Positions 59,520 to 64,000 of a stretch of DNA of 64,000 bases are shown here, piece by piece. The stretch's first letter is position 1. Each line of letters begins with the position of its first letter. Under the pieces are notes generated by a model. The model was not told the origin of the DNA. It did not search any database and saw only the letters and a list, made by a program, of their open reading frames with translations. A program made the translations under genes and the position numbers. This stretch comes from a bacterium (GTDB lineage: Bacteria; Patescibacteriota; Patescibacteriia; Patescibacteriales; XYC2-FULL-47-12): contig JAUYLZ010000008.1 of the NCBI GenBank assembly GCA_030698385.1, forward strand, positions 1,430 to 65,429. The letters run 5' to 3'.

Positions 59520-59936
59520 TCAAGAAGTCAAACCAAAAAAGAGGCCTTTTACCTCTCTTTTTACCTGTAACGACCGCCCTGCTAAATATCTGCCAACACG
59601 CGCCAGCCAGAGCTTGAACGGCTCGGCGTTTGGCGAGGGAATGGATTGAATCAGACGAAGCATCGTTTCGGTATCCGCCGCATCGGTAGCGTAATATTTT
59701 CCATCAATAGCTAAAAATTTCAGTTGGTGACATTTTGTCACCACCTCGCTACCCTCCTCACGCAGTCTTTGGGATAGCTTATTCCAGTACTTTCTGGCAT
59801 CAACACTCCCGGTCAAAATCCGAACTACATCAACCACGGAAAAGTACCACAACTCTTTTTCCTCGTCCCAGTGACGGCGAATATGTTTACCATCAAAAAT
59901 CGCTATCGCTTTATTTTTTGCTGATTGCTTGGTCAT
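59520..59936 (-). CDS. Bro-N domain protein, apparently C-terminally truncated
   Basis: The Bro-N-like core is FDGKHIRRHWDEEKELWYFSVVDVVRILTGS…PFKLWLARVG. It then ends in an unrelated 23-aa tail. Confidence 0.6.
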   Translation of the reverse strand: MTKQSAKNKAIAIFDGKHIRRHWDEEKELWYFSVVDVVRILTGSVDARKYWNKLSQRLREEGSEVVTKCHQLKFLAIDGKYYATDAADTETMLRLIQSIPSPNAEPFKLWLARVGRYLAGRSLQVKREVKGLFFGLTS

Positions 59937-60676
59937 ACAACAGTCTTTACCGCCTCAAAGGTTAAAGACTCTAAGGGCAGGCATTGATACTGCTCTTTGC
60001 TGATGCCGGTATTTTCCTTTAAAACATTGACGGTAAAGCCAGCGTTCTTGAGCTTTTTGAGATAGTCGTCCTTGAGCAGGGCGCCGCCGACACAGCCCGC
60101 GATGAGCGCTTCGTCGCGGCGCGCTTCCGGCGCGAGTTCGGCGAGCAAAACGATATCGGAGACGACCATGCGCCCGCCGGGTTTTAAGACGCGGTAGGCC
60201 TCGGCGAAAACTTTGTCTTTGTCCGGCGCGAGATTAATAACGCAGTTGCTGATGATGATGTCGGCCTCGCCGTCTGCCAGGGGCAAATTTTCAATGTCGC
60301 CGAGCCGAAACTGGGCGTTAGCGCAGTTGATTTTTTGCGCGTTCGCGCGCGCTTTTTCAACCATCTCCGGCGTCATGTCCACGCCGATGACCCGTCCGGC
60401 CGGACCGGTTTTTTTGGCGGCCAAAAAGGCGTCAAAACCCGCGCCCGAACCAAGGTCTAAAACCGTGTCGCCCGAGTTGATTTTGGCCAGACCCAGGGGA
60501 TTGCCGCAACCCAAGCCCAGATTGGCCTCGGGCATGGCGTTCAGATCGGCGGCGCTGTAGCCGATTTGGGCGGAAATTTTTTTATTTTTACAATTGCAAC
60601 CGCAACCACCGGCGGTGGCGGCGATTTTGGCGTAGCTTTTTTGCACGATGTTTTTGATGTCTTTTTCGTCTGACAT
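59933..60676 (-). CDS. arsM: Arsenite S-adenosylmethionine methyltransferase
   Basis: Has SAM motif I VLDLGSGAGFD and conserved Cys clusters (GCGCNC, GLGCGNP, SNCVINL). Confidence 0.8.
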   Translation of the reverse strand: MSDEKDIKNIVQKSYAKIAATAGGCGCNCKNKKISAQIGYSAADLNAMPEANLGLGCGNPLGLAKINSGDTVLDLGSGAGFDAFLAAKKTGPAGRVIGVDMTPEMVEKARANAQKINCANAQFRLGDIENLPLADGEADIIISNCVINLAPDKDKVFAEAYRVLKPGGRMVVSDIVLLAELAPEARRDEALIAGCVGGALLKDDYLKKLKNAGFTVNVLKENTGISKEQYQCLPLESLTFEAVKTVV

Positions 60677-60768
60677 GCTATTATCTTTACACTTTTATAC
60701 TGAGAAGTCAAAAAAAAGATGAGCGGATTTTCTTGCTCATCTCAATAAATGAATATGGTTCAAAAGAC

Positions 60769-61029
60769 CTAAGATTGTTCTTTTTTTGCCTCCGTTAAGG
60801 CTTCTCGCACCGCTTGCCAGGCAGCTTGAAAGCAGTAGTATGCCATAAAAAGCGGCATAAAAAGCCCGAAAGAAAGAGCCACTGTACTGTTTTCCCAATC
60901 TTTGGGGTACCAGTAAACACCCAGACCGACACAAATGGACAAGCCGATACATAACAGTCCGAGAAAAATATTACCTAAGGGTGGTAATCCGCATCTTAAA
61001 AAAATTACAAACGGCTTACTGTTAAACAT
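60769..61029 (-). CDS. Small membrane protein (86 aa)
   Basis: Has 2-3 TM helices and a strong SD (aaaggagaaagtcATG). Confidence 0.5.
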   Translation of the reverse strand: MFNSKPFVIFLRCGLPPLGNIFLGLLCIGLSICVGLGVYWYPKDWENSTVALSFGLFMPLFMAYYCFQAAWQAVREALTEAKKEQS

Positions 61030-61153
61030 GACTTTCTCCTTTCAAGATTATATTTTTATCATTCTTTCACTTTTTTTAACAAAAGTCAACCAGACAAAAA
61101 ACCGCGCCGCACTCAGAAGCTATCTTAAAAATCAAACATTATTCGCGAATAAC

Positions 61154-61205
61154 AAAAACCGCCCCGTCCCGAAGTCTCGGGACTGCGGGGCGGCTGTTTT
61201 TTTTT
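61154..61205. terminator. Compound bidirectional terminator
   Basis: Nested stems ccgcccc/ggggcgg and gtcccga/tcgggac, flanked by an A-run and a T-run. Confidence 0.65.
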
Positions 61206-61294
61206 AAAAAAAAGAAGGGGAGCAGACATAGATCCCACTCCAGCGAAGGGTACCACCCCCTCGCTAATTAATACTGCCTACTCCCCCTAAAGCA

Positions 61295-61486
61295 CTATTG
61301 TTTACTCTGTTCTTTATCGTCTGATTTTTGTAAAAAATCTCTAAGCGTACTTAAGCGCCTGCCTCTGCTTTCATCACGTTCCAGTTGGTCTGTGGCGGCT
61401 TGAGAAGATTTTAAATATTTTTTAATAAAAACAAAACAAATAAAAAACATTACCGCGGCGATAATAAAAAAGATAAACGCATTCAT
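61295..61486 (-). CDS. Small single-TM protein (63 aa)
   Basis: I start at MNAFIFF, preceded by gaaaggagcaatagc. Confidence 0.45.
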   Translation of the reverse strand: MNAFIFFIIAAVMFFICFVFIKKYLKSSQAATDQLERDESRGRRLSTLRDFLQKSDDKEQSKQ

Positions 61487-61743
61487 GCTATTGCTCCTTT
61501 CAAAGAACATTACTTTCTTTCATCTTCCCACTTTGTAAAAGAAAAGTCAAAAAAATCCGCGCTGTTTAGGTGTGAAAAGTTTTTCATAAATAACCACTAT
61601 TTCACTATTTTTAAAAATTCACGAAAAAATACGGCCGAGCAAGCCGCTCACTGAAGTAAAAAAATTTCAAATTCAATGAAATATAAAGTATAATAAAATA
61701 AAGGTCGAAACTTTTACTTAAAAATTTATTTAAAAGAAATACT

Positions 61744-62337
61744 ATGAAAAAAACTTTTATATACACCCTTATTTTGCTGGTATTTACCTTTGCCTTTGCT
61801 CAATTAGCTCTGGCCGGTAAACCGGCGGACTGTAACAATATCCAATCCGGCCTGATTACTGATTCCGCCGGCAACCCTGTCGTCATGGGCTATGACGAGT
61901 TTGGCTATAACTACCAGGCGCATATGTTCAACGGCACTTATGACAGCTCGGACCGGACGATTGACGGGACCTATTGGGGCGACACCGGCGATTATGTTGA
62001 TGACAAACTAATGATGACTTGGAGCGACGCCTGGCTGGCGAATGTTGACTGCGACAACGACGGCAAACTGGACCGGGGGTTGGTTGACGGCGTGGTTGGC
62101 GGCACCAGCCTGGGCTGGCTGACCAATCATGTGGTTGGCGACTATAGCGACACAGAAGGAGTTCACAACTTTACCGACTTTGTGAAAATTGTCTGGACCG
62201 GACCGGGCAGTCCGCTCTGGGGACAGTACACAATTATCCAGGAAGTGCTTAATGACCAGGCAGGCGGATTTAACGGCCTGTTGGAAAAATTAGGCATACC
62301 CGGACTCGGGCTTAACGAGCAGTGGACAGTATTATAA
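61744..62337 (+). CDS. Secreted protein, function unknown
   Basis: Has a signal peptide ending in ALA|GK and a D-rich DCDNDGKLD segment. Confidence 0.5.
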   Translation: MKKTFIYTLILLVFTFAFAQLALAGKPADCNNIQSGLITDSAGNPVVMGYDEFGYNYQAHMFNGTYDSSDRTIDGTYWGDTGDYVDDKLMMTWSDAWLANVDCDNDGKLDRGLVDGVVGGTSLGWLTNHVVGDYSDTEGVHNFTDFVKIVWTGPGSPLWGQYTIIQEVLNDQAGGFNGLLEKLGIPGLGLNEQWTVL

Positions 62338-62412
62338 GCCGATATTTTTTTAAATAAAAAAAATCGCTCCGAGTTAAGCCGGGGCGATTTTTTAAATTAT
62401 TTTTATTACTAA

Positions 62413-63609
62413 TTAATGCGCCAAGTAACTATCCCAAACACCCAATGCCGGCTTTCCTCTGAAGCGGCTGTCAGCCAGTCCGGTCCACGCCCAGATCTTT
62501 AAAATTTCCTGCAGTTCCGGCGCAAAAAAAGTCAGCATCTTGTCATAATCAATAGCGACATAGTTTATGACGAAAGAAAGATCACGCTCCTCAACCATTT
62601 CCAAAACAGCCGTTATGAAATTGACTTGGTCCTGACTGCTAAAATCAAAAGTGGTTGTACCCACAGTAATGGAACGATCCGGAACGCCCATCTCAGAGAT
62701 GGCGACTTTTTTTTGCAAATCCCACATCGGTTGCAGGTTGCCTATTAATGTTGACTTGATCTCTGCCGCTGAAGCCGCGTTCAACACTAAATCATATGGA
62801 TATAGTGAAATGCCGACAATATCAATCGCCGGAGAAATTTCTTGCAATCCGGCTTGCTGTCTTAGGGTATCAGCGCCAAACTCGCCGATAAAGTGATCGT
62901 AAGCAAAACTGACGGCGATTGGCAAATCCGGATGGGCGGCTTTCAGCGAATCGTAAACGTACTGCTGTAATTCTACATAGGCCGGCCACTGGCTTTCGTC
63001 ATTACTTAATAAAAGATTGGCTTCAATGCCGGTCAGAACGTAGGCCGGATTAAAATACGCAATCGCGCGCTCCAAATAATTTACATACGCTTCTTTAACC
63101 ATCGGATCATTTAAAGCGAGCTGATCCCAAGGCGCTGGCAGAGGCTGGCCATCACCGGCTTCACCCCAATAGAGCGCGAGGCTACTGCGCTCAAAATCAA
63201 GCGGCGTTATCGCCAAGAGCGTTTTTATGCCCGGCGCCAGTTCATCGCGTTTGAACGCCCAGTCGCCTTGAAGGTGTGAAGAAAACGCGGCGCCGCTGTA
63301 TGCTTCCGGCCAGGGTATGCCGGAGTCAAAATGCAACAGCTTTATATCAGCATGTTTTGGGAAAAAACGCTGCCAACTGGCAATTGAACCGGCATCAAAA
63401 TTAGGCGGCCAACTGGAAAAACCCATATCATAAGTACGCGTGGACGGCGGCGGGTTACCAGCCCCAGGTTTATCAGGTTTGCCGGCTATGGCTATAGAGG
63501 CAACACTAATGAAATAAAAAAAAGCGCCCAGAGTAATAGCCGCTATTGCAAAAATTATAATTTTTCTTAAAGAAAAATTTTTTATAATACTTACTTTTTG
63601 GTTAATCAT
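62413..63609 (-). CDS. Membrane-anchored exported protein, possibly a TIM-barrel glycosidase-like fold
   Basis: Has an N-terminal TM segment. No secure motif. I start at M20 of the tracked ORF. Confidence 0.4.
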   Translation of the reverse strand: MINQKVSIIKNFSLRKIIIFAIAAITLGAFFYFISVASIAIAGKPDKPGAGNPPPSTRTYDMGFSSWPPNFDAGSIASWQRFFPKHADIKLLHFDSGIPWPEAYSGAAFSSHLQGDWAFKRDELAPGIKTLLAITPLDFERSSLALYWGEAGDGQPLPAPWDQLALNDPMVKEAYVNYLERAIAYFNPAYVLTGIEANLLLSNDESQWPAYVELQQYVYDSLKAAHPDLPIAVSFAYDHFIGEFGADTLRQQAGLQEISPAIDIVGISLYPYDLVLNAASAAEIKSTLIGNLQPMWDLQKKVAISEMGVPDRSITVGTTTFDFSSQDQVNFITAVLEMVEERDLSFVINYVAIDYDKMLTFFAPELQEILKIWAWTGLADSRFRGKPALGVWDSYLAH

Positions 63610-63703
63610 AAAAAAATTGTTTATTAAATAAAAAAGTACTCGACCTTTACAGTGTATCGAGTACATCGCTTACTCTACTTTACCACTCCGGTAAAATAAT
63701 GTA

Positions 63704-63741
63704 AATAAAAACCCGTTTCCATGCTTAGCTGAAAACGGGTT
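63704..63741 (-). terminator. Intrinsic terminator of the partial gene at the window end
   Basis: Stem aacccgttt/aaacgggtt, with a T-run on the minus strand. Confidence 0.6.
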
Positions 63742-63773
63742 TAAAAGTTGGATTGAAAAAAAATTACCGGCTG

Positions 63774-64000
63774 CGGCTCTGGCGGTTTTGGCGACTGCCG
63801 CCAAACGATCCGGGCCGCGCGCCGCGCTGACGAAAGCCTCGCCCGGCTGGACGAGAGACGGAGCTTTTGCGAAAACGTCCGTTTGAACGCTTTTCAGATT
63901 GTCCGGAGAAACGGTTCGGGCGGCTGGAGCGATTCGCTGAATTATTCTGGTTTCCCGCCTGACGGGCTTGATATTTATTAAAACCGCGCTTCGGCCGGTT
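63774..64000 (-). CDS. C-terminal Arg/Gly/Ser-rich tail of a gene continuing beyond the window (DEAD-box helicase-like tail?)
   Basis: The reverse frame is open to the window edge and ends …RGFRQRGARPGSFGGSRQNRQSRSR*. Such basic tails are typical of RNA helicases and RNA-binding proteins. The identity is not established. Confidence 0.35.

Noticed and set aside
60737-61207. ORFs 60737-60952 (minus) and 60935-61207 (plus)
   Set aside because: They overlap the better-supported 86-aa membrane-protein ORF, which has a strong SD, or run through a terminator hairpin. They carry no independent signals.

Overview
The window is 64 kb of a compact, gene-dense bacterial chromosome. The gene content and rRNA features look like a Candidate Phyla Radiation (Patescibacteria) genome; this lineage call is inference. 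Supporting features are a short 16S rRNA gene with a 139-nt intervening sequence, no adjacent 23S gene, a type IV pilin, a membrane H+-pyrophosphatase, anaerobic NrdDG and a SUF-only Fe-S machinery. Most of the window is housekeeping: tig, hppA, nusA, tsaE, an 8-gene suf operon, nrdDG, rlmN, greA, zur-znuABC, msrA, tspO and thiol-disulfide modules. TAG, TAA and TGA all act as stops, so the standard code applies. Three regions look accessory. (1) At 14.8-18.3 kb there is a self-contained, A-rich three-gene operon encoding a triple winged-helix/coiled-coil protein, a small HTH protein and a MutL/MORC-type GHKL ATPase. It has its own promoter, a perfect palindromic operator and a terminator. I cannot assign it to any described system, and it is my best candidate for a novel DNA-sensing or defence module. 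(2) At 55.9-59.9 kb there is a defence island with Mrr, a DpnI-like methyl-directed nuclease, two tightly linked unknown ORFs (one of them absent from the ORF track), a truncated Bro-N gene and a DEDDh exonuclease. (3) Small mobile or repeat elements are scattered through the window. These include an IS1634-like IS whose transposase carries an in-frame TAG, a GIY-YIG gene bounded by 42-nt inverted repeats, a family of GC-rich palindromic mini-elements, and a duplicated initiator-tRNA locus whose upstream copy is disrupted by two such hairpins. No CRISPR array is present.
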